Shown: positions 50,600 through 63,039 of the stretch, piece by piece
Layout: the number at the start of each line of letters is the position of its first letter
How positions within the stretch are numbered: position 1 is the stretch's first letter
Assembly: GCA_013239625.1 (NCBI GenBank)
Contig: MU053557.1
Span: forward strand, 131,063-195,062
DNA: 64,000 nt
Direction: 5' to 3'
From: Lama guanicoe
Lineage: Eukaryota
The notes under the pieces: model-generated
What the model was told of the DNA's origin: nothing
The model's input: the letters and a program-made list of their open reading frames with translations, nothing else
Databases searched by the model: none
Program-made: the position numbers and the translations under genes

Positions 50600-51360
50600 G
50601 GGCTTTTGACTGCCTTCTCTCTCCTGAAAGTAATAGATGCTCGCTGTAAGAATTTCAGAAAATACAAATAACTATAAAGAGGAAAATGAAAGTCACCTGT
50701 GACTTTATAAACCAGAGGTAACCATGATTAACAGAAACTCAACATTTGAGACATAACTTTCTAAGCTTTCATCAGTGTGTATCACAATTTAAAATAAAAA
50801 TATGATCATACAATCAACTGTCCTCTAATATGATTTTTTTTCACACAACAACACAGCACAAACGTCTTTCCATGTCCACAAATACTGATCATTTCAATGA
50901 CTGCAAAATTGTTCCATTGTATGGATAAAAACATTTTATTTAACTAGCTCCCATATTGATGCAAATTCTAATGTTATTTTTACATATAATAAATGATTGT
51001 AATTCATATACATGTATTACAAAACACTAGCCTGATTATTTCTTTAGGCTAAATTACTAAAACTGGTGTTTCTAGGCCCAAGGGGCTTTTAAGGATATTG
51101 ATATATTGCTAAATTGGCCTCTAGAAATGTCCCAAGTTTTACTCCTATCAGTTATGTACAAAAGTGCTTGGTACTTCAACCTCTTGGTAATACTGTTACC
51201 ACTTTTTCGTCTTTGCCATTCTAATAGGTCAAATGTGTTTCTTCATTGTTTTAATAACCATTCTTTGTAAAGTTGTTAGGTAGGCAATTTCTTATATTTC
51301 CTGGCCATTTATAATTACACCTTCCATTCTTTTGATGGTTTTTCTATTGGGTCAGTCTTT
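50600..51360 (-). mobile_element. Ancient L1ME-type 3' portion
   Basis: ccagaggtaacca...ttccattgtatggat...gccattctaataggt. Confidence 0.65.
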
Positions 51361-52827
51361 CCTTCACAAAGTACCTTACTGATGAGGTGATCTCCCTGAA
51401 TGCCTTTCCGTAAAATTATAGCCCATAATAGCACTTACTGACCTGCTATGTAAGTAGTAGATGTGGTTAATAATGATGATATCAGCTAGCATTATTTCAA
51501 GTATGCTTAAAATAGTCACTAATTTATACCCACCTCACAGATGAGGAATGTGAGATCTCAGGTGGAGTCCATAGCTAGTGTTGCAGGAGTCCACACATGC
51601 AGCCTGTTTCCCAAAGCCTTTGCTCTTAACCATTTCACTTCACTACCAGTCTTCAACCGTCACCACCACCCACACCAACCGCATTGCCTCCTCTACCATT
51701 ACCACCACCAACACCATTTCTGCTGCCTATAATCACCGTCATCCTGGTACATTCATTTGGGAGTTACTAGAGACGTTCTGGTTCCTAAGATAAATGCTGT
51801 TCTTTTGCTTCTGTTGAAGACCTGCTCTAACCTTGGCACTGTTTTAGTTACTGGAGATATAACAGTATACAAACTCAACAAAGTTCTTTGCCCTGACGAA
51901 GCTGACAGTTCAGTGGCAAAACAGACGAAGTTACGTACGTAACTATACACTATAACTATATAAAATATGGTTCCTTAATGTGTTATCTCAGTCCATCCTT
52001 ATGGCAACCATGTGGATTAGGTGCCATTACCACCCCCACTTTGTAGACTGGGAATCTCTCTGTAAGCTAGAGAGATTGAGTATCTTGCCCAGGCTAAAGG
52101 CTGACACAGCCAGTGCCTTCAGACTCTTCCTCCCTTAATATTCTTGTAAATCCATCTAATGGGAGGAAGACACATCTGCCATGTGCCATGTTCCCAAACC
52201 ACGCTCTCCTTTTTTGAAGACGAGGGCAGAGAGTTCGTTGAACGAAAATCTTTTTTTTTTTTTATGGTTTCTAGCCCCTCCCAGATTAATTCACTTCAAG
52301 ATTCTGTGGTCTCCTTTGCTGATGTCATGAAAAAGTATGGAAGCACCCAGAATTATTTCAGTAGGACTGAGACAGATGGGGCTAACAAGGTACCTCTCTC
52401 TCTAGTACACACACCCCCCACCACACACATATGTGTATAAAATCTTTAGACATTTCCCTAGGGAACTGGAGACGTTTAATTGAAAGGGGAGGATGGTAAA
52501 AATTCCACCCCCCGCACATACTCTCTCTGCTTCTCTCTGTTATTTGTTTTAAAATGTATGTGAACAAGCTGAACCTGTTTGGCCGTATCTACTCCTTTAT
52601 TAGATTTGATTTGCGTTATCTGACAGCTTTTCCAAAGAAAATAGCTTCATTGCCTCCTCAGGACCCACACACAACACACTATTATAGACCAAACATGGTA
52701 AGGTAATGCTCACCACAAAATATCACCAAAGGTCTTGTTTTTTCCTCAAAAAGCACACTTTTGAGAACTTAGGTGAAATATACACTGCTTAATAAAACCC
52801 AGCCTTGACTGGAGAGTAAAGGCAGTA

Positions 52828-52946
52828 AATTTGCAGATACTGTTACTATATATAAAATAAATAAACAGCCAAGTCCCACTGTACAGCACAGGGAACTATA
52901 TTCAATACTTAGTAATGGCCTATAATGGAAAAGAATATGGGAAGGA

Positions 52947-52991
<45 letters not shown>

Positions 52992-53080
52992 CAAGTAAGT
53001 CACTATACTGTACACCAGAAATTAACAAAACATTGTAAACCAACTATTCTTCAATAAAAAAAAGACAAACAGAAAAAAAC
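52828..53080 (+). mobile_element. Artiodactyl-type L1 3' end containing (ATCT)11
   Basis: ctgtacagcacagggaactatattcaata...ctgtacaccagaaattaac...aataaaaaaaa; microsatellite at 52947-52990. Confidence 0.88.
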
Positions 53081-53130
53081 AATTGATGTTCCAAGAGTTC
53101 AACCACAAATGTTAAAAAAAGTGGACCGTG

Positions 53131-53433
53131 TTTGAGATTTGTAAATATTAGCCACTATATATAAAAATAGATTAAAAAAACCAAATTTCTTCTGTATAGC
53201 ATAGGAAACTATATTCAATATCTAGTAATAACCTTTAATAAAAAATAATATAAAAATGAATATATGTTTGTGTATGCATAACTGAGACATTGTGTTAAAC
53301 ACCAGAAATTGATAGATTGTAACTGACTGTGCATCAATTCAGAAAAAAAAAAGAAAAATATTTTAGAAACCACATAAGAAAAGTGAACAAAGGACAAAAA
53401 TAAATAAATGTTACCCATCTCCAAAAAAAAAAA
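53131..53433 (+). mobile_element. Camelid L1 3' end with extra downstream segment and second poly(A)
   Basis: tttgagatttgtaaatattagccactatat...first A-tail at about 53343-53358, second A11 at 53423-53433. Confidence 0.85.
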
Positions 53434-54738
53434 GGACCCATGACTGCCTTTGTTAAAAATGTCCCTTTATATAAAATAAATTGGTATAAACTCAAGAAGG
53501 CCAAATATCACCTGTTAATTATTATTTATAAAATACTGAAAACGCACAGGGAGGTTCAGTGCCATGCACAGGTTATGTTGTGATTTCTTCCTGGAAGGGC
53601 TCTACTTGTTTACAGATGAATTCACCGTCTGAGAACGCAAGTCTGCCTGAGGATTCACCAAGTACCACCTCCCAGTGGGGCATGGATGTTTGAAACACCT
53701 TCTGAAATTAGCTAAGTCCTATGGATTACTTTCATTGCAAACCAGAAATAGCCTAAGTTGTTTCTGATTATACAAAAACAGTATCCTATCAGTGTAAAAC
53801 ATTCAGACTATGATAAAAAGAACACAGAACAAACTAAAACACAGAGATTATCTCTAATCCTACTCTTGGAGGTAATTTCAAATTTTTTGCTATATTTTTA
53901 TCCATCATAATAGTAAGTTTTATGATCAGTTATAGCCTAATAATTTTGGTGGCCCAGTTAAAATAGATAAAGTCCAAGACAAATGATGAAATGCCAAAAC
54001 TGGCATAGAGAAGAAATATAGAATTTGACTACATCAGTGAGCATTAAATGCTTTGGAATGATAAACCAAGACTTGTCTTGCTCAAAAAACTTCAGGCCCA
54101 GATGGTTTTACTGGAAAGTTCTACCAAATTTTTAAGGAACATTAATTTCTACTTCATGTATGTCTTTAGAGAATAGAAAAAGGGTAAAATCTACACACAT
54201 CACTTTACAAGGCTAGCATAGCCTTGTATAGCCTTGTTCCAAAATTAGATAAGGACAACACATATAAGATAATAGGCCAATTTTACTTATTAACATGGAT
54301 TCAAAAATACTAAGTAAGATGTCAGCTAGCCTAACTTTAGATTTAAAAATAATACATTAAGATCAAGCAGAGTTTGTCTCAGACATACGTGATGATTCAA
54401 CAGAGAAAACTCATTTATAGATGCAAGTTTATTGACAGATTAATGGAGGGAAACTTGTGTGATGAAATCAATCAAGATAAAAATTACATTTGATAAGATT
54501 CTATTCAAATTTATGATTAAAACTCTTAGCACTAGGAATAGAAGAGACTTCCCTTAACTTGATAAAGGTTATTTATACTAACAACCTATAGTCAGTGTTA
54601 TAATAAATGCAGAAACTCAAGATTCACTCTCTTCAAGGTAAAGGTAGCACAAAGGTGCTCACTATTATCCCTAGAGGTCTTGGCAAAAGAAAAGAAAGCT
54701 AAAGAAGAGACAAAGAAATAATAAGGAGGGTTAGAAGG

Positions 54739-55196
54739 GGTGGTAGATTATATTCTTGTTCACAGTCATGTAACTACCCTCCTCCCTGCAAGGGAAGGCA
54801 CACTTGTCTGCCCTTTGCCATGTAATTTGCAGAGCCTTCCTCTGCGAGGAGGAAACTGTAAACCCTGCTGTCATCAGGCTTGACCATGGGACTTGTGTTT
54901 GCCAATGAATATGAACAGCTTTGTTGCTGTGCCAGTTCTGAGCAGAAGTTTTAACAGCCATTGTGTGGGTTAGCTGGCTGCAGGATGCTTTTCCTCGGCT
55001 ACGAGATTGGCCTGTTCCTGAGTGGGGCTGCTTCTTCAGCTTGTATCCCAGAACAAGAAAACATATAGTACACAGCTGCAGCCACCACGTATTCAACAGG
55101 GTATGTAAGTGAGAAATACATTTTTGTTATTGTAAGTCACTGAGATGTGGGATTATTTGTTATCATAACATAACTTAGTGAGAGCTGACTAACAGA
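54739..55196 (+). mobile_element. MaLR solo LTR (MLT1H/I-like)
   Basis: gtggtagatt start; ggcttgaccatgggacttg; aagtcactgagat...ttgttat...gctgactaa end. Confidence 0.8.
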
Positions 55197-56619
55197 GAAA
55201 GGAAGAGAGAAAATTATCTTCACTTGCATATGATAAGATCATTCATCTAGAGATACCAACAGATTCAAAAGACAGACTATTAGAAGCAGTAAGAGAATTA
55301 AGTAAGAAAAAAAAAAAGAGAATTAAGTAAGATCATTGACTACATGATCAATTTATTTTTAGCACTAGCAACAGCCAATCAGAAAATATAATAAATAATA
55401 ATAATACATCATTTCCTCTATCAAGAAATCTATTAAACATCTAGGAGTTAATTAATTATATTAATAAAATAATGTACAAGGTATCTACAGGAAAAAGAGA
55501 AAACTTTAAAATATTAATAAAATACTTAAAAGATGATCTGAATAAATTAAGAAAATCCTATGCTTTTGGGTGAGACAATAGTGCACGCTAAAGACACCAA
55601 TTCTCCCATTGATTTGATAAAATCCATACAACTCCAAAAAAAATTCCGCTTAGTTTTTTTTTTTGGAGAAATATGATGACAACTTACTTTAAAATTTATT
55701 TGGAGGCATAATAGTTTATAAATGGCTAAGTCAAGCTTAAAAAACATAAGTAGAAAGAAAGCTGGCCCTATGAGATAAAGAAACACATAACAAAGCTATA
55801 TAACAAAAGCTGGGGTGCATTGGGGGAAAAACAGATTAACAGGCCTATAAAATAAGACAAAGAACTCAGATATCAATCCATATGTATATGTGGAAACCTA
55901 AATATGGTAAAAATAATATCACAAGTCAGTCCCTAGCAGCTTACAATGGGGAAACCGGCTCACTGAAGAAACAGAAATAAAACTGGATCTTTGCCTCATA
56001 TATCATACAAATGTGGACTCTTCGTGGATTAAAGACCCAAGGAAAAAAAGTACAACTATAAAGTTAATGGAGCATAATGTAGGAGACTATCTTAGTGACA
56101 TAAGGGCAGGAAAAAGCTTTCCAAGCAAATTTTCTAAAGCACAAATCATAAGGCAAAGTACTCACGACTTTCGAGTCCATCTATATTTTCTGTTCAAGGA
56201 AGACATCATGGACAAATTTACTACACAGAAGGCAATATGGGAAAAATAATCAAAATGTCTAAGATCTACTACATGAATAACACAGGTAACTTCTGCCAAT
56301 CAACAAAAGAAAGGCAGCGACCCCAGTAGTAAAGTAGGCAAAGGATACAGAAAGTCAATTTATAGAAGTGGAAACTTGAATTACTGCTACACATGTGAAG
56401 AGCAGTAATGCCTCAAATCATTAGTAATCTGGAAATTATAAATTAAAACCACAGTGAGTTAACTCTTTGTATTTATTAGACTGATGAAAGTGAGAAGGTT
56501 GGATAAGGCCAAGTGTTGGTGGGGACATAGGAACCTCACCGTTTCTGATGGACCATGGACCACAGTCATCTTTCTGGAGAACATCTGGTACTGCCTAGTC
56601 AAATTAAGAATATATATTT

Positions 56620-56676
56620 TGTACACCTGAGACTAATATAATATTGTAAATCAACTATATTTCAACTACAGCAAAA
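56620..56676 (+). mobile_element. Extremely truncated L1 3' tip
   Basis: tgtacacctgagactaatataatattgtaaatcaactatatttcaa, flanked by agaatat(a/g) repeats. Confidence 0.65.
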
Positions 56677-57189
56677 GAGAATATGCATACCCCAAACCCA
56701 GCAAGTCTGTACCTAGATACGTATTTCAAAGAAAGTCTTGCACAGATCCTTAAGAGGATGTGCATGAGGAGACTGACTGCAATGTTATTTGTACTGGTGG
56801 AGAGTTGGAAGCAGCCTATAAGTCTAGTTTCTGAGAAAGCAGTTAGATAAAAAGTTGGAGACACACACCCTGGAGTGTTAAGTAGCGTTTAGAAGGAGTG
56901 AGTTAGCTGTACACAGAGCAGCATGGGCAGATCTTAAAAATCATAGTGCTTAGAGGAAAAAGTAATGACAATTAGATACATAATATGATATTTTCACATA
57001 ATTAAAAAAACACATTCCAAAACAATATCTGTTTTGCAATAGCATATACAGAAAGTATATGTTAACACATTTGGTTGACTAAGCTGGGGATGGGGTCCAA
57101 AGAAGTACATAAAAATTATTCTGAAGTCCATGCTGAGAGATAATAGCTGTTAAGACTTTTGTATCTTTTCATCTTTTTGTATCATAATA

Positions 57190-57435
57190 ATAATGGCTAT
57201 TCTTTGCAGACCACCTGTTGTGGGCCAGACACTATGCTAAATGTTTTATATAGTATGTGTTTAATCCTCCTAACAACTTCAGGGGGAAAAATCCATTATT
57301 ATCTCCTTTAAAGAAGAAAACAATGGGATTTAGAAAAATGAAACAACCTGCCCAAGGTCATCTAGGCAAGCAGAAAATGGATTTGAACCTATGTTGATCT
57401 GACACTAAAATCCAAGCGCTTAAGCGCTACCCTAG
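57190..57435 (-). mobile_element. MIR
   Basis: gccagacactatgctaa...aatcctcctaacaac...cctgcccaaggtca...ggatttgaacc. Confidence 0.8.
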
Positions 57436-57960
57436 GTTGCCTCCAACTAGATCTTTAGCTACATGATAATACAAGATCAGATTTCTTGTTACAGGAATAA
57501 AACCACAGACAGTACTGCTTCATAACAGTTTTTTGTTTTGCTATTTTTTCAATTAATATTTAATCATAGAATGAATTTCTTCACCTTAGTAAATACAGAC
57601 CTTCAACCTCATTTTAAAAGGCTGCATAGCATTTCACTACCTGAATGCATGATGGAGAAATACAACAGTAGAGTGATGGGGGATGATTCCTATCTCCACA
57701 TGCCAGATATTTAACAGGCAATGAAAGAAAGACTCCACCATGACAGGTGTGTCAACTGAGGAGAGATTCTTGACAACCATTAGGAGATACAGCACTTGGA
57801 GCTATTGTACAATCTCTCATTAGTTTTATTGAACCCTTGGAAATTTGCAGATGACATATTCTCATGACTTGTTACACTGAAATCAGTGCCACCAGATAAA
57901 GGATCCAATAGAAATATAATTATTTTTATTTAAGGCAATGGTTACCTTTTAAAAGGTTTT

Positions 57961-58705
57961 CATTTCTTATTTCTCAGGATTGCTATTTGTAGTTCCAATA
58001 CAACTTTTAGGATTGTTTTTCCTATTTCAGTGAAAAATGTCTTTGAGATTTTGAAAGAGATTGCCCTGAATCTATAGATGGCTTTGCGGAGTATGGACAT
58101 TTTAACAATATTAATTCTTCGGCTCCATGGACATGGACTATCTTTCCATTTGTTTGTGTCTTCTTCAGTTTCTTTCATCAAAATCTCACAGTTTTCATTG
58201 TACAGATCTTTCACTTTCTTGGTTAAATTTATTCCCAAGTGTATTATTGATTTTGATGCTATTGTGAATGAGGTTATTTCATTTGATTTTCTTTGTTGGT
58301 ATTTCATTGTTAGTACGTAGAAATGCAATTAGTTTCTGTATGTTGATTTTATATCCCACAACTTTACTAAACTCATCACTTAGTTCCAACAGTTTTTTTG
58401 GTTGAGTCTTTAGGATTTTCAATATTTAAGATTTTCAATATTTAAGATTATATCATCTACAACTAAAGATAGCTTTCCTTCTTCTTTTTCAATTTGGGTG
58501 ACATTTATTTCTTTTTCTTGACTCATTGCCTTGGCTAGAACTTCCAGTACTGTGCTTGAATAAGAATGGTGATACTGGGCACCCTTGTCTGTTCCTGATC
58601 TTAGAGGAAAATCTTTCAACCTTTCACTATAGAGTATGATGTTACCCGTGCATTTGTCATATATGGTCTTTGTTATGTTGAAGTATATTCCTTCTTTACC
58701 CAATT
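57961..58705 (-). mobile_element. Inverted 5' segment of an L1 (ORF2 RT C-terminal region)
   Basis: ORFs 58419..58703 and 57960..58328 are L1 ORF2-like ([31 protein letters not shown]). Confidence 0.92.
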
Positions 58706-60294
58706 GATGGAGAAGAATAAAACTGGAGATATCACACTTCCTAATTTCAAACTATACTACTACAAATGACACTACTATACTAATCAAAACAGTGTGGTAC
58801 TGGCATAAAAGTAGATGTGTAGAACAACAGAACAGAAAAGAGAGCCCAGAAATAAACATCCACGTAAACAATCAACCAATATTTGACAAGGGAGCCAAAA
58901 ATACTCAATGGGGGAAGGATAGTCTCCTCAATAAAAGGTGTTGGAAAACTGGATAATCACATGCAGAAAAAGGAAATTAAACCTCTATCTTGCACACCCA
59001 GCATAGTTAACTCAAAATGTGTTAAACACTTAAACATAAGACCTAGGAGAAAACACAGGGTAACAGCTCCTTGACATTGATCTTGGCAATGATTTTTTCA
59101 GCCATGACACCAAAAGCACAGCCACAAAAGCAAAAATCAACAGGTGGGACTACATCACACTAAAAAAGCTTCTCTACAGCAAGTGAAATAACCAACAAAA
59201 GAAATAGGCCACCCATGAAATGGGTGAAAATAGTTGCAAGCCACATATCTGATAAAGGACTAACATCTAAAATGCATTTAAAAGCACATGTAACTCAGCA
59301 ACAGGAAAACAAACTGATTAAAAAACGGCCAGGGGAACTGAGTACCCATCTTTCCAGAGAAGACATACAGATGGCTAATAGGTACATGAAGAGATACTCA
59401 GCATCACTAATCATCAGGGAAACGCAAATCAAAATCACAACAGGTGTATCTCAGACCTGTTAGAATGGCTATTACCAAAAAGGTAAGAGATGATAAGGTT
59501 TGGCGAGGGTGTGGAGAAAAGGTAGTCCTTGTGTAGTCTTGGTGGTAATGTAAACTGGCGTAGCCACCACAGAAGGTGAAATGAAGGTTCCTCAAAAAAT
59601 TAAAAACAGAACTACCATAAGATCTAGCAATCCTACTTCTGGGTATATATTCAAAAGAAATAGGACATCAAAAAGATATCTGCACTCACATGTTTACTGC
59701 AGCATTATTCACAGTAGCCAAGGCATGGAGGCAACCTCAGTGTCCATCAACAGATGAATGGATAAAGATGTGGTATGCATGCACACATGCACGGGGGGAT
59801 ATTTATCCAGTCATGAGAAAGAAGGAAAGCCTGCCATTTATGACAACATGGATGAGATTGGAGTGTACTATGCTAAGTGAGAGAAGTCAGACAAGAGAAA
59901 GACAAATACTGTATGATATCACTTATGGGTGGAATGTAAAAAAGTTGAATTTGAGGAAACAGGAGAATGGCAGTTACCAGGGGCCGCGGTGAGAGAATTA
60001 GGGAGATGTTGGTCAAAGGTTAAGGGTACCAAGATGGATAAATTCTGGAGATCTGATGCACAGCATTGTGGTTATCGCTAATAGTACTGTATGAAATATT
60101 TCCAAGTTGCTAAGAGACTAGATCTGAAATGTTCTCACCAGAAAAGAGAAATGATAATTATGTGAAGGGATGGAGGGGTTAGCTAACACTATGATTGCAA
60201 TCAGGTTGTAGTATAAATGCATCCAGTCAACACTGGATGCCTTAAACTTATACAATGTTTTGTATCAGTTATACCTTAACTAAAAAAAAAAAAA
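58706..60294 (+). mobile_element. L1MA9-like 3' segment with poly(A)
   Basis: atcacacttcctaatttcaaactatactac; MFTAALFTVAK; gttgctaagagactagatct; A-tail at 60282-60294. Confidence 0.93.
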
Positions 60295-60569
60295 GACTTT
60301 TGGGTGATACTGAAAGATGCTGGAGGAAAATGATTAATCTCATTCGTGTGGATTAATCTTAGCAGTCTAAAAACAATGCTGTCCTCAATGAATTCTCTGG
60401 GCATGCCCTAGAAGAGCTGATCCTTCTCAAGCAGATAGCAATATCTTCAAAAGATATAAGCTCATGAGAAGGAAAATGTTTATCAGCTTGTGCTGGTTAT
60501 TCTTCGTAATCACAATAGCACATGGTGTTGGAACAGAAATTTACTCTTTTCAAACTGCTAACACAGCCA

Positions 60570-60730
60570 CTGGCCCGTTTGATCCTCACCACAGCCCAGT
60601 GAGAGAGGTCTAGGAAGTGACATTATCACCTCCTTGAAGATGAGGAAACTGAGACTCTCAAGATTTAAGAGCTTTCCCCAAGTTCACAGCAATATTATCC
60701 TGGGAACTCCAAGTCTAGTGTTGTTCCTGC
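60570..60730 (-). mobile_element. MIR
   Basis: tttgatcctcaccacagccc...agatgaggaaactgagactc. Confidence 0.7.
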
Positions 60731-61389
60731 TACTCCATATTTCCTTACTTCCTCTGAACCTGAACGGGAACAGCATTACTTATGCTGAATTGCACGAACT
60801 TGTTAACAAAAATAAAATGACACAGAGGTTGTACAGCAGCAGGAAATACCAGAATTGATTTCCCTGCATGTTTAGACGAGCCTGTTTTGCAGTGCATAGA
60901 TGCAGCAAGCGGATGCACAAACTAGCGTTTTAACCAGCAGAAAGCAGTCCAATGGTTAATAACTTGTCTGCATTCCCACATGTGGGATTTTGAGAGGACA
61001 GTGAGGTGAGAAAGGGTGGGAAATCTATATTGTTCTGAAGCACACAGGGTGAAGTTTATTTGAGAGGCCAAGTATTACAGATTTTGTCTTTTGGTCCCCC
61101 TGTGGGTTAGACAATGGTCATTCACTGTGATGTCATGCAATGAAACAAATCCAACAAAAATGCAGATTTCCTTTAAATCACAGCCTACCACAAGGAATAG
61201 CTTTATAGAAGCCTTTGCAGTGAGCAGTGACATTCCATTTGAAACATATACGTTGAGTACTCACTCAATTATCAGTTTGATATTTTGCAAAGGCAGTAGA
61301 AATACTTCAATTGCTATCTGGTAAACAGAAAAATGCAACTTCATTCCATTAAAATTGGAGGTACAAGGCACCATCAGAACAAAGAGGAG

Positions 61390-61925
61390 CCATGGACCAC
61401 ATTGTGGGAGGGGTGAGAGAGTAGGGAGAGCAATTTGAATTGGACTTTCAGGCCCAGGAAGTAGTTTAATAGGCAGAGATGGGGAAGAGGCAGAATGGGA
61501 TGGTAGACGTGGGGCAGCTGATGGCATTTGCAGCAAATCCCTGTTGAGCTGGGTTAGCTGTGGAGAGTAGGGTCCTTTGAATGTCCCATACTTTCTCCCA
61601 CTTACATTTTGTTCCCTCTGCTTCACAAATGTTGCTAACTTCATCTCCCACCTTGCTCTCCTGGAAAATCCCTATCCAGCCTCAGGAGTAAGCACAGGTG
61701 TCTCCAACTTTGAAAGCCCCTTTTCTGACCCTCCCAAACATGACTCATCCCTGCACTGTATCTAAAGACACCTCCTTTGAACTTGTCCCACAGTGTGACA
61801 TTCCTTTGCTTCCACCAGTTTCTTCCACCAGCCCGTCAGTAGAGTAGAATAGGAACATCGTCTTCCTATCCTTTGTTTTTCTGCTACCTAGCAGAGTGCC
61901 TCACACACTGCAGGTACTTAATTAA
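61390..61925. mobile_element. L2 fragments
   Basis: ctacctagcagagtgcctcacacactgcaggtacttaattaata (L2 end). Confidence 0.5.
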
Positions 61926-61939
61926 TATCCTTTAAATAG

Positions 61940-62950
61940 GTTTGTAATTTTCTACATAAAGCTTTACACGGCCATCGTAGGATTTGTTCCTCAGTATGTT
62001 ACATTTTAGAAGCCATTAGAGTGGTATCTTTTAAAAAATACAAATTTTCTACCTACTTATGGCTGGCAACTAGATTTGCAATTGACTTTGGTATATTGAT
62101 CTTATATCCAGTGATATTCCTAAATTCTCCTATTAACTTCAAGAATTTGCCTTAGATGTTTTTGTACTGTCTATGTAGATAATTACGTCAGTTGCAAGTA
62201 CTGTTTCTTTTTTTTGCAATGCTCACACGTTTGATTTCTTTGTCTCTTCTTGCTATTGTGACTAGGATCTTCAACATGTTGTTGCACACAAGTCATGACA
62301 GAGAGCATCTTGTCTTGATCCTGATTTTGATAGGAATGCTTGCAGTGTTTCTCCACTGAGTCTGATAGTGGGTCCAGATTTTTGATAAACACCATTTATC
62401 AGGCTGAGATTGCTCCTTTCTGTTCCTGGTTTGCTAAGAGAGTTCATCATGTATGGTTGGTGAATTTTTTTCTGATCTATTGCAGTGATCATTTTTCCCC
62501 TCCGTTTACTGGATGATGGTGGTAAACTACATTTACAGATTTTTATATATTTGAACTAAATTTGCATTTTGGGAATAAACTCAAAACCCAAGTTGTGAGT
62601 TATGTTTTTTATACTTTGCTTAATTTGGTATGCTGATATATTGCTGAGGAAATTTTGGATCTATGTTCATAAATGAGATTGTAATTTTCCCTTCTTCTAT
62701 TTTTTATTGTCAGTTTTTGCCAGCAAGATTTCATGAGCCTCTAAAATGACCTGGAAAGTGTCTCTCCTTCCTTCTTTTTTTCCTACTGTTTTCTGAATAG
62801 TTTGCTTATGGTTGAGATGATCTGTTCCTTGAATGTGATAGAACTCACCTGTAAAACTGTCTGGATCCTATGTAATCTTCCAGGAAGTTTTGTAACTACT
62901 GATTGATTTTGATTAATAGTCATAGGACCATTTAAGTTTTCGATTTTTTT
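61940..62950 (-). mobile_element. Old L1 ORF2 fragment
   Basis: gcaattgactttggtatattgatcttatatccag; gagagcatcttgtcttgatcctga; tagaactcacctgtaaaactgtctgg. Confidence 0.8.
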
Positions 62951-63039
62951 CTAGGATTGGTTGGGACAAATTTCATAGTCTATTTTATAGACATTTAAAA
63001 AACTTGTTGACATATGCTGTTTATGATATTTTAAGTTTA

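Larger units (their letters stand above)
53960..57060 (+). mobile_element. Old degraded L1 (ORF2 through 3' UTR), interrupted
   Basis: caggcccagatggttttactggaaagttctaccaa; aaactcttagcactaggaatagaag; tggattaaagacc; ccaagtgttggtgggga. Confidence 0.8.

Noticed and set aside
51541..51793. His-rich and Thr-rich ORFs
   Set aside because: Derived from a MIR plus a CAC-rich low-complexity tract.
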